Shown: positions 18,487-26,450 of the stretch, in pieces
How positions within the stretch are numbered: the stretch's first letter is position 1
How the letters are laid out: every line of letters begins with the position of its first letter
Origin: a virus
Taxonomy: Duplodnaviria; Caudoviricetes
Direction: 5' to 3' (one strand)
Length of the DNA: 36,775 nucleotides
IMG/VR virus record: IMGVR_UViG_3300044274_000303
Coordinates: 1 to 36,775 of that record
The notes under the pieces: generated by a model
What the model saw: only the letters and a program-made list of their open reading frames with translations
Told to the model about the DNA's origin: nothing
The model's database searches: none
Program-made: the position numbers and the translations under genes

Positions 18487-20000
18487 TGAGAAAAGAAGAC
18501 AAAAGAGCATTAGAACGCTATAAAAAGCGGTTGGAGTTTGCCAGAAGTTCTGGCACTGTAAACGCTTTTGAAACCAAAGCAGAACAAAAGGCACGTATTG
18601 AGCGTGCTAAAAAAGACTATGCTTTTATGTGTCAACAATACTTTCCACATTATGCAACATGCGAGCCAGCAGAATGCCATTTAAAAGCTGTTAAACAGGT
18701 ATTAAAAAACCCAACTATTAAAAAGTTTGATGAATTGCCACGTGGCTTTGGTAAATCTGTTATGGATGATGTGTTACTTCCTTTTTGGTTATGGATGAAC
18801 GACCAAGCACATTATATGGTTATTGTAACCGTAAGCAAAGACCGTGCTAGTGAACTGTTAGAAGATTTGCGTGCCGAATTTGAAGCCAACCCAAAAATTA
18901 TACATGACTTTGGCGAACAAATGAATATTGGGCAATGGGAAAAAGGATTTTTTATTACAAAAAGTGGTTTTGTAGGTAAAGCACTTGGCGCTGGGCAATC
19001 GGTACGTGGTCTGCGTGTTAAAAGTAGAAGACCAGACTACATTGTAGTAGACGATTTAGAGACAAAAGAAAGTATCAAAAACCCAAAACGCCAAAATGAG
19101 TATGTAAAATGGATTGAACGTGATTTGATACCAACTATGGATGGTGATATAAGACGTTTTATTTATGCTAACAATCGTTTTGCACCTGTAATGATACAAA
19201 CCAAGCTACAGGAACGACACCCAAAATGGAAAATTAACCACGTTAAGGCGTATGATCCTATTACTTATAAACCTACTTGGTCTGCAAAATATAGCGACAC
19301 CTATTACAAAGAATTGGAAAATGAGATAGGTACACTTGCCTTAGAAGCAGAATATTTACAAAAGCCACATATAGAAGGTGAGATATTTAAAGCCGAACAC
19401 ATACAATACTGCAAACATCTTAGGTTAAATCAATTCAAACATATAGTTGGTACTTGGGATGTAGCATATAGTGGTAAAAGTACTGGTGATTATAATGCAA
19501 TTGCAGTACAAGGGCTATATCAAAAAAACTTTTATGTGATTGATGGCTTTGTAAAAAAATGCAAAATGCGTGAAGCTGTGGCATATATGTGTGCTTTTCA
19601 AAAAGCATTGCCACCTACTGTTATAGTACATTGGAAGTTTGAAGCACAATTTTGGAATGATGAAGTGGAACGTGTTATAAAAGAAACGCAAGAAGCTTAT
19701 GGCATCATCTTAAATATCACCAAGCTTTTTGTGCCAAAGGTTAAAAAATATGATCGTATTCTAAGCCTACACCCATATTATCAAAACAACCGCATTTTCT
19801 ATTTTGAAAGGTTAAAAGCAAATAATGATATACAGGTTGGTATAATGCAATTGCTGGGTATAGAACCAAATTATAAAACACATGATGATTTTCCAGATAC
19901 ACACCAGCAAGGCATAAGCATATTAGAGACTTACAATGTACCAGAAGGTGCAAACATATACAAACAAGGTAAGATGTTACCTAAAAACGAACGCATATGA
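18486..20000 (+). CDS. terL: Terminase large subunit
   Basis: Walker A PRGFGKS, VRG motif, Walker B YIVVDD, nuclease WDVA..GDY and HDDFPD. Confidence 0.93.
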   Translation: MRKEDKRALERYKKRLEFARSSGTVNAFETKAEQKARIERAKKDYAFMCQQYFPHYATCEPAECHLKAVKQVLKNPTIKKFDELPRGFGKSVMDDVLLPFWLWMNDQAHYMVIVTVSKDRASELLEDLRAEFEANPKIIHDFGEQMNIGQWEKGFFITKSGFVGKALGAGQSVRGLRVKSRRPDYIVVDDLETKESIKNPKRQNEYVKWIERDLIPTMDGDIRRFIYANNRFAPVMIQTKLQERHPKWKINHVKAYDPITYKPTWSAKYSDTYYKELENEIGTLALEAEYLQKPHIEGEIFKAEHIQYCKHLRLNQFKHIVGTWDVAYSGKSTGDYNAIAVQGLYQKNFYVIDGFVKKCKMREAVAYMCAFQKALPPTVIVHWKFEAQFWNDEVERVIKETQEAYGIILNITKLFVPKVKKYDRILSLHPYYQNNRIFYFERLKANNDIQVGIMQLLGIEPNYKTHDDFPDTHQQGISILETYNVPEGANIYKQGKMLPKNERI

Positions 20001-20416
20001 TTTATTTAACAGATGATGATTTATTAACCGATAGTTTCCAGCGTTTCATTGATGAAAGTACAAAGGATGATGAAGATGTTATTGGTAATGCAGAATTAAA
20101 ATGTATTGGTGTCATTAAAACGATGCTTAAAGGGCGTTATAACACCGATTTAATTTTTGATGAAGACCAGCCTGTACGTGATGAATTTCTAGCAGATATA
20201 TTAACCAAGTTAACATTGCATAAAATCTTTGGTCGTAATGCAGCACGTAAAGTACCAACAGATGTAAAAGATAATTATGATTGGGCAATGAAGCAATTGA
20301 CTATGCTAAATGCTGGAAAATTACAACTAGAATTACCAAGTCCAACAAATACCGATGGCACAACTTCAGTAGCGCCTATGTTTGGCAATAATACTAATCC
20401 AGATTTTTATATATAA
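19997..20416 (+). CDS. Head-tail adaptor, Mu gp36-like (DUF1320)
   Basis: YLTDDDL..L.GRY..Y.WAMK.L..LNAGKLQL pattern. Confidence 0.8.
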   Translation: MIYLTDDDLLTDSFQRFIDESTKDDEDVIGNAELKCIGVIKTMLKGRYNTDLIFDEDQPVRDEFLADILTKLTLHKIFGRNAARKVPTDVKDNYDWAMKQLTMLNAGKLQLELPSPTNTDGTTSVAPMFGNNTNPDFYI

Positions 20417-21690
20417 TGAGAATACCAAAATTTATACATAACGCAGTTGCAAAGTATGTTTTTAACAACACCGATGAAAAAACATTAAGAGTAGTAGCAG
20501 CAACAAAGTCTGGTAGCAACAAAGCGTTAAGTTATCAAACAGAAAAAGAAGCTATTAATATGCAAGCCAAAACGCTTGCAGATTGGAAATTAGCACTAAC
20601 ATTAGCCAGCGACCCAGAAGAACCTAATTTTAATGAATTAGAAAAGCTATACCAAAATTTGGAATTAGACAATCATTTAGTAGCTACTATAGAAAACCGA
20701 ATAGAACCAGTACAAGGCACGCCATTTAAGTTTACAGATCAATCTGGTAAAGAAAATGAAGAAGCCAAAGAACTGTTTGAAGCAATGTGGTTTATAGATT
20801 TTATTGGGGTGTGTCTGCGTTCAAAATTTCAAGGTTCTAAAGTGATTGAATTATATGACTTAGACGAAAACATGCATTTAGAGACTATCACAGAAGTACC
20901 TAAAGCACACGTAATACCATCAAAAGGGATAATTACAAAAGAAGCTGGTGGTACTACAGGATGGAACTATAAAGAAGGTGTTTTAAAAGATCAATACATC
21001 CAAATTGGTAAAGATGATTTTCTTGGGATGTATGCACAGCTTGCGCCAATCGTACTGGCTAAAAAATTAGGCTTTGGGTCTTGGTTAGACTACATAGAAA
21101 AGTATGGTGTACCACCAATTTTTGCAATAACAGACCGTGAAGACCAAGCACGTTTAGACCAGCTGTACAATGCACTGTTAAATTTCAAGTCCAACAACTT
21201 TATGGTGGGTCGTGGACAAGAAAAGTTTGAAATTGGCAAAGATACTGGTGGTGGTTCTTTTGATATTTTTGACAAACTCATTGAACGTGCTAATAGTGAA
21301 CTATCTAAACGTATTTTAGGTGGTACAGGTACAAGTGATGAAAAAAGCCATGTTGGCGCTGCCAAAGTACACGCAGCTATTTTAGCAACAAAGCATAAGT
21401 TAGATAAGTTTTTTGTAAAGGTTATCATCAATAACCAACTAATACCACGCCTTGTAAAATTAAGTCCTGTATATGCACCTTTAGCCAATCTAAAGTTTGA
21501 ATGGGATGATACCGAAAACTTGACATTAGACCAATACATAGCAGCGGTTAAAGATTTAAGTGCGTATTATGAAATAGATATTAAAGAATTAGCTACACGT
21601 ACAGGAATACCCATTACTGGCTTAAAAAAGGCTATGGACACACCAGAGGCAGATCCAGAACCAACGCCAGAACCTCAAAAAAAAAAGTAG
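20416..21690 (+). CDS. Portal protein, Mu gp29-like (DUF935)
   Basis: DNHL.A.IE.R, W..YIEKYGVP, NSELSK.ILG.T.TSD and VH motifs. Confidence 0.92.
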   Translation: MRIPKFIHNAVAKYVFNNTDEKTLRVVAATKSGSNKALSYQTEKEAINMQAKTLADWKLALTLASDPEEPNFNELEKLYQNLELDNHLVATIENRIEPVQGTPFKFTDQSGKENEEAKELFEAMWFIDFIGVCLRSKFQGSKVIELYDLDENMHLETITEVPKAHVIPSKGIITKEAGGTTGWNYKEGVLKDQYIQIGKDDFLGMYAQLAPIVLAKKLGFGSWLDYIEKYGVPPIFAITDREDQARLDQLYNALLNFKSNNFMVGRGQEKFEIGKDTGGGSFDIFDKLIERANSELSKRILGGTGTSDEKSHVGAAKVHAAILATKHKLDKFFVKVIINNQLIPRLVKLSPVYAPLANLKFEWDDTENLTLDQYIAAVKDLSAYYEIDIKELATRTGIPITGLKKAMDTPEADPEPTPEPQKKK

Positions 21691-22961
21691 TTACTGAAGC
21701 TGTTGCTAACATTGAAGCTTATTATGAAAAGCCTGTATGTTCACATGGGTCTGTAGAACCTTTAGCAGTAGATCTGAACTATTGGAATAAAACCATTATA
21801 CGTATTGCCAGACAATTACATAATGGTCAACTAAAACCAAGTGATTTAGACAAAGATTTATTGCAAAAAACCTTTAACCAGCTTAATAAAGCTGCTACTG
21901 AAGGTTATGGTGCGAATTACGATAGTTACAGCAAAAGCCACAATAAGACAGTACAACAGCTGCGACAAAATATTTACCAGTTTAGTGCTGCTAAAACCTT
22001 TCAACAGTTACAGCATTTCAATAGTCTTTTAGTAGATGAAAATGGTAAAGAACGTTCTTTTTCCAGCTTCAAAAATGCTGTATTAACTGTACACCCTAAA
22101 TACAATGTCAATTATTTACAAGCCGAATACCAGACCGCAAAAGCATCTGCACAAATGGCACGTAAATGGCAGACTTTTGAGCGTAACCGTGACCGCTTCC
22201 CATACTTAAAATATAAAACTGTAGGTGATGAACACGTACGTGACGATCACCAGAAACTACACAACTTTACAGCACATATTGATGATCCCATATGGAATAA
22301 GATTTACCCACCTAATGACTGGCGTTGTCGTTGCTATGTTGTGCAAACCAATCAAGCCAGTGATGAACCAGCACCAGATATAAGTTTTATAGATCCAGAA
22401 TTTAGTATAAATGTTGGTAAAACTGGTGTGATATTTTCACCAGAACACCCATACTTTGTATTTCCTAAAAAAGATAAAGACAGCTTTAAAAAAGCCTTTG
22501 AAAGTTTTAAGCTAATTGCACCTTATGGTAAGGCTAGATATACAGCTAAAAATGGGTCAAAAGTATTTGTAAATCCATTTGCAGATGTTAAGGATCTAAA
22601 GCACAATTTTGAAGTGGCAAAGGTAATTGCAGACACGGTTAAAAAATCAGTGAGTATAAGACCACATATAGATGGTCGTGTGCTTCCTAAATTAAAAAAC
22701 CCAGAATACTTAATTGATAAAAAGTTAGCAGATCTAAAAGCGCCTAAAGGATTGCTATTAAAAAACATATTCAAAAAGGCTAATAAGCAAAAGACAGCTG
22801 TAGTGGTGATTGATTTAATAGACAATCCAAACACATTTAAAACAATGAAGACTGCGGTTATAGAAAAGCTAAAGAATAACGATATATACCCTAATATTAA
22901 AGAAGTGATTTTAATATCAAAAGACCGTAAAACTGTAGAAGTGATTAAACGTAAAAAGTAG
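21687..22961 (+). CDS. MuF (Mu gp30-like) minor head protein with C-terminal CdiA-like PD-(D/E)xK nuclease; probably made as a -1 frameshift fusion to the portal
   Basis: MuF motifs YL.AEYQTA, Y.TVGDEHVR.DH, YPPNDWRCRC and F..NVG; C-terminal KNPEYLID..LADLK; frame open from the portal stop with no ATG/GTG/TTG before the TTG at 21861. Confidence 0.85.
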   Translation, partial: VVTEAVANIEAYYEKPVCSHGSVEPLAVDLNYWNKTIIRIARQLHNGQLKPSDLDKDLLQKTFNQLNKAATEGYGANYDSYSKSHNKTVQQLRQNIYQFSAAKTFQQLQHFNSLLVDENGKERSFSSFKNAVLTVHPKYNVNYLQAEYQTAKASAQMARKWQTFERNRDRFPYLKYKTVGDEHVRDDHQKLHNFTAHIDDPIWNKIYPPNDWRCRCYVVQTNQASDEPAPDISFIDPEFSINVGKTGVIFSPEHPYFVFPKKDKDSFKKAFESFKLIAPYGKARYTAKNGSKVFVNPFADVKDLKHNFEVAKVIADTVKKSVSIRPHIDGRVLPKLKNPEYLIDKKLADLKAPKGLLLKNIFKKANKQKTAVVVIDLIDNPNTFKTMKTAVIEKLKNNDIYPNIKEVILISKDRKTVEVIKRKK

Positions 22962-22965
22962 GCAC

Positions 22966-22994
22966 AAAAAAAGCAACTCGAAAGTTGCCTTTTT
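22966..22994. terminator. Bidirectional intrinsic terminator, stronger on the - strand
   Basis: GCAACT-[CGAA; UUCG on -]-AGTTGC stem with A7 on the left (U7 on -) and T5 on the right. Confidence 0.8.
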
Positions 22995-23034
22995 ATAAGT
23001 TACGTTCTTGCATTTTACGTCGCAAACTTCCTTA
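22966..23034 (-). ncRNA. Candidate ~65-70 nt small RNA convergent on the MuF-nuclease gene
   Basis: Perfect -7 box TATATTTG (23047-23040), TTG 21 bp upstream, a 33-nt self-complementary core, then a terminator with U7; no ATG-initiated ORF of note inside. Confidence 0.55.
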
Positions 23035-23039
23035 CAAGG

Positions 23040-23071
23040 CAAATATACAAAAAATGAGCAAAAAAAATCAA
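23040..23071 (-). promoter_or_regulatory. Bacteroidota sigma-A type promoter, antisense to the late operon
   Basis: TTG (23071-23069)-N21-TATATTTG (23047-23040). Confidence 0.6.
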
Positions 23072-23566
23072 TTTCCAGACTTTTTGGCAATGAGCCAACA
23101 GTTGCTAAAGGACTTACAAAGTGATGCCGAAATTATGGGTATTGACTTTATACACAGCAATTTTGAAAAGCAAGGTTTTACAGATAATGCTTTTGAAGCT
23201 TGGAAACCACGCAAAGAAAGTATTAGCTACAATCTATTACGTGTCACTAACAATTTATTTAATTCTGTCAATGTAGCCAATAGTACACAAGAACGTGTAA
23301 CATTTGAAGCAGATGCACCTTATGCTTCTATACATAATGAAGGTGGTATACTCAATGTGCCTATTACAGAACGATCACGTAAATATTTTTGGTTTATGTA
23401 TAAAGCTACTGGTAAAAGCATGTGGCGTGCTATGGCATTGACAAAAAAAGACCGATTGACTATTAAAATATATCAAAGGCAATTTATGGGGCATAGTAAC
23501 ACCTTTGCCCAGCAATGGAATGACCACGTAATACAAGAAATTTTAACACGATTTAAACAACTTTAA
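23054..23566 (+). CDS. Virion morphogenesis / neck protein (Mu gpG / P2 gpS-like)
   Basis: NF..QGF...W.PR, L..T..L..S, PYA.IHNEGG and RQFMG motifs; ATG at 23054 with A-rich leader preferred over TTG at 22985. Confidence 0.85.
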   Translation: MSKKNQFPDFLAMSQQLLKDLQSDAEIMGIDFIHSNFEKQGFTDNAFEAWKPRKESISYNLLRVTNNLFNSVNVANSTQERVTFEADAPYASIHNEGGILNVPITERSRKYFWFMYKATGKSMWRAMALTKKDRLTIKIYQRQFMGHSNTFAQQWNDHVIQEILTRFKQL

Positions 23567-23579
23567 AATAGATTTTAAA

Positions 23580-24089
23580 ATGCAAAACTGGAAGGATTTA
23601 TACCAAGAACACGCAATAATTGTAGAAAAGCAAATGCCAGAAATAGAATGGTTTGATTTATGGCACAACCAAGTAAACTTTTTAACAGAAGAACACCCAT
23701 TTAGCACACCAGCTTTATTTGTTTCATATCGCACCATTAGCACAGAAGATATTGGTGACAAAGTGCAAAAAGTAAACTTACAGGTAGATTTTTATTTATA
23801 CTATGAAACCTTTTTAGATACCTTTAGTGGTGCTTATAACCAGCAAAGCGCTTTAGCCTTTATAGATCTAATGGATAAAATAAATGCCACCTTTCATGGT
23901 ACAAGTGGTGAGAATTACAGCGAAATGAGACGTATTAACTTTGCACCTGTAGATACTGGTAATACTGGTAATTTATACAGAATTAGCTATAGCTGTATTT
24001 TATTAGATTATAGTGCTAAAAATGGCTGTATTGAACAGCAAAGAAATGCAGAAGTAAATGTAGAAAAACAACCTTTCATTTTAGACTAA
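23580..24089 (+). CDS. Tail completion / terminator protein (Mu gp37-like)
   Basis: W.DLW.NQV..L.EE.PF.TPA.FV motif; follows the gpG-like gene. Confidence 0.7.
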   Translation: MQNWKDLYQEHAIIVEKQMPEIEWFDLWHNQVNFLTEEHPFSTPALFVSYRTISTEDIGDKVQKVNLQVDFYLYYETFLDTFSGAYNQQSALAFIDLMDKINATFHGTSGENYSEMRRINFAPVDTGNTGNLYRISYSCILLDYSAKNGCIEQQRNAEVNVEKQPFILD

Positions 24090-24119
24090 AAAAACCAGTT
24101 AATTAACTGGCTCTTTTTT
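24088..24119. terminator. Bidirectional terminator between convergent operons
   Basis: Perfect 16-bp palindrome CCAGTTAATTAACTGG (24095-24110) flanked by an A-tract and a T-tract. Confidence 0.65.
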
Positions 24120-24297
24120 CGTATTTGTAAAATAGTATGTCTTCTATGGTTTTAACGGTCTTAAAAAACTTATCTGCTAAGTAGTGTTTGATATAGGCAT
24201 TGCTGTACTTTTGAACACCAAAGCTTTTTACATTACAAAGGCGCTGGTGTTCTTGTCTTATAGCTTCATATAGTCTTATGGTTGTTTCTCTTTGCAT
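24103..24297 (-). CDS. Small HTH protein, candidate late activator (Mor/C analogue)
   Basis: 64 aa from ATG 24297; C-terminal LADKFFKTVKTIEDIL HTH-like motif; last gene before the late region. Confidence 0.6.
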   Translation of the reverse strand: MQRETTIRLYEAIRQEHQRLCNVKSFGVQKYSNAYIKHYLADKFFKTVKTIEDILFYKYEKRAS

Positions 24298-24342
24298 TAC
24301 ACACAAAGTAAAAGCAAAGCAATCAAAAATCAAAATTGGGTT

Positions 24343-24735
24343 TTACTGTGTGGCTTCTTCGTATTCTTTTTTAGATGCCAATAATTTATTTTTAGTATAT
24401 GGTTTCAAACTTTCAGCAGGATTGACTTTATTAGCTTCATTATAGTATTGCAGTCCTTTTTTATAACTACTTACATGTAATTCTTCATCTAAATTTATTA
24501 AGGAATTAGCAGCCCTAAAATACCTATCTGCGATTAGATACATTATAATACTTTTTACTTTATTGCATCTTTCAGTTGGTTCTTCTATACATTTAGGCTT
24601 AATGAGTTCTAAGCCTTTTTTTAAGTCTTTATTTCTGGTATGTGTATTTGCATACTGGTCAAATATTTCTTCAACAGTTTGTGCTTGTGAAAGGCTAAAA
24701 CTAAACAGAAGTGCTATAAATAGTAATCTTTTCAT
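24343..24735 (-). CDS. Secreted/periplasmic alpha-helical protein (accessory)
   Basis: Sec signal peptide MKRLLFIALLFSFSLSQA|Q, a Cys pair and TPR-like helices; ATGA overlap with the rhomboid gene. Confidence 0.75.
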   Translation of the reverse strand: MKRLLFIALLFSFSLSQAQTVEEIFDQYANTHTRNKDLKKGLELIKPKCIEEPTERCNKVKSIIMYLIADRYFRAANSLINLDEELHVSSYKKGLQYYNEANKVNPAESLKPYTKNKLLASKKEYEEATQ

Positions 24736-25319
24736 AATTGGTTATTTGTGTTAAAATTAATAAAGTCTTTTTTAATTATTCGCTTTTGAGCAAAAAATAA
24801 TACTCCAGCTATAGCACCACCAATGTGCGAGATATAACCACCACTATTATTTGTGAGTAGAACACCAGCAATATCTATGCCTAATATCAATACTGCAAAA
24901 TATTTTAGTTTAAATCTTGAAGCAAAAACTGCTATTGTTTTATTTGGTAATACAAGGCACGTAAACAGTGTTATTGCTCTTACAGCTGCGCTAGCACCAA
25001 TTAACGAATTGTTGTAATTGAAATAGGTGCTAAATATTAAAAATGCAATAGCACCAGTAGTTGCGCCAAGCAAATATAGTTTTAGTAGATGCTTATGTTG
25101 GTTAATGGACTTTAAAAGGTTTGCCATAAAAATTAATAGCGCCATATTTAGCAATAGATGAATAAAACTACTATGCAAAAAGCTATAACTTACAACTGAT
25201 AAAACACCATTTAAAGAGTAATTAAATGGTGCGTATAAACTGCTAACTTCTATTATTGAAGTGAATTTTGAAAGGGCAAAAACAATAACATTTAGTATAA
25301 TAATCTGGTATAGCTTCAT
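24732..25319 (-). CDS. Rhomboid family intramembrane serine protease
   Basis: HxxxxHxxxNM (HSSFIHLLLNM), GAS catalytic Ser (LIGASAA), catalytic His (SHIGGAIAG), about 6 TM segments. Confidence 0.92.
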   Translation of the reverse strand: MKLYQIIILNVIVFALSKFTSIIEVSSLYAPFNYSLNGVLSVVSYSFLHSSFIHLLLNMALLIFMANLLKSINQHKHLLKLYLLGATTGAIAFLIFSTYFNYNNSLIGASAAVRAITLFTCLVLPNKTIAVFASRFKLKYFAVLILGIDIAGVLLTNNSGGYISHIGGAIAGVLFFAQKRIIKKDFINFNTNNQL

Positions 25320-25348
25320 TGTTTGATATTTATTAGTATATTTAGTTT

Positions 25349-25444
25349 ATGTTTGAATGGTACTACATACCTATTTTTATTGTGCTGTGGATTTTTGGCG
25401 CTTGGTTCAATGACTATATTTATAGAAATAAGAACCGTTTTTAA
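25349..25444 (+). CDS. Unannotated 31-aa single-TM peptide MFEWYYIPIFIVLWIFGAWFNDYIYRNKNRF
   Basis: Translated by hand; aromatic-rich hydrophobic stretch with basic C-tail; TATATTTA -7-like box at 25337-25344 directly upstream. Confidence 0.55.
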   Translation: MFEWYYIPIFIVLWIFGAWFNDYIYRNKNRF

Positions 25445-25466
25445 TTTTTTAATTTAACCTTACTAT

Positions 25467-25736
25467 ATGTTCTATTCGCTTAAACAAAAAATTTATGTAA
25501 TCGCTATAATTGTGTTAATCGCTTCATTGGTTGCTTATTTTAGTATTGATTGTTCTGAAGTTGTAGAAACAAAAAAGCAAATAGGTCTTAAAGCACTTGA
25601 AAACTTAACCAAATCTGCAAAGTCATCTTTAGAGTGTAGTATAAAAAACATTAGTAAAATAACTTTAATCTTATCTGTAATTGCTCTTTTGATAGTAGGT
25701 GGTTATGATTTCATAACTAAAGATCGTTATTATTGA
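25467..25736 (+). CDS. Small two-TM membrane protein (accessory, opposite strand)
   Basis: Two hydrophobic segments flank a loop that carries two Cys. Confidence 0.6.
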   Translation: MFYSLKQKIYVIAIIVLIASLVAYFSIDCSEVVETKKQIGLKALENLTKSAKSSLECSIKNISKITLILSVIALLIVGGYDFITKDRYY

Positions 25737-25971
25737 TTTTATAATTGTCTATCTTTTCTGCTGCTAATCTGAACACCTTAACCATATCTTCATATTCATA
25801 GCCATTTGCTCTAAGTTCCCTTATCCATTTATCAATAATGTGTTCTTTGGGTGTATCAATTATAAAATGTGCGTTTGGATTGATTTTAGAAAGGTCATTT
25901 AACCAATTGGACGATTGCCCAAAGTCAATACCTTTATCAACATATTCTTGATCTAAATTCTTTTCTGGCAT
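25717..25971 (-). CDS. Hypothetical protein
   Basis: 84-aa ORF, co-oriented and tightly spaced in the early/middle operon. Confidence 0.6.
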   Translation of the reverse strand: MPEKNLDQEYVDKGIDFGQSSNWLNDLSKINPNAHFIIDTPKEHIIDKWIRELRANGYEYEDMVKVFRLAAEKIDNYKINNNDL

Positions 25972-25979
25972 TGCTGTTT

Positions 25980-26438
25980 TTATAAATTATAAGGGTTATT
26001 AGTCCAGCCTATTATTATGCTAGGTTTGTCATCATCAACAAATGACTTAAACCAGTCTCTAAATATTTCTAAACTCAATCCATCATTATGTGCTATGATC
26101 TCTAATGGAAATTCTTTATTATCAATTAATAGCACTTCATCATTTAGCTTTTTAAAGTTTATTGGCGCATACCATAGATCTTGTGCTATTCCTGTTTGGG
26201 CTTGGTATTGTTTGCTTATATATGGCTTATCACTCCAAAGACTAAGCTTATATATACTATCTGGTGATTTTTGCGCATTATCAATTCTGGAAGCCCAATA
26301 ATCGTAGCTTTTTCTAATTGTGTGTATCTTTTCACCACTAACAATTTTATCTTCAAAATGGGTTGGGTCGCCAGCAAAACCACTTGCTACAGCGTAGTAC
26401 CTCATAAAAGGCATATTGACTATTTTTGGTTTGTTCAT
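25980..26438 (-). CDS. ASCH/PUA-like domain protein
   Basis: F..KI.SGEK.HTIR N-terminal motif and A.NDG.....F.DWF C-terminal motif. Confidence 0.6.
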   Translation of the reverse strand: MNKPKIVNMPFMRYYAVASGFAGDPTHFEDKIVSGEKIHTIRKSYDYWASRIDNAQKSPDSIYKLSLWSDKPYISKQYQAQTGIAQDLWYAPINFKKLNDEVLLIDNKEFPLEIIAHNDGLSLEIFRDWFKSFVDDDKPSIIIGWTNNPYNL

Positions 26439-26450
26439 ACTTTATATTAT

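Noticed and set aside
22985-23053. 23-aa N-terminal extension of the gpG-like ORF, or an immunity peptide
   Set aside because: The TTG start lies inside the terminator stem; ATG 23054 has an A-rich leader, and the region is better explained as non-coding RNA/regulatory sequence.
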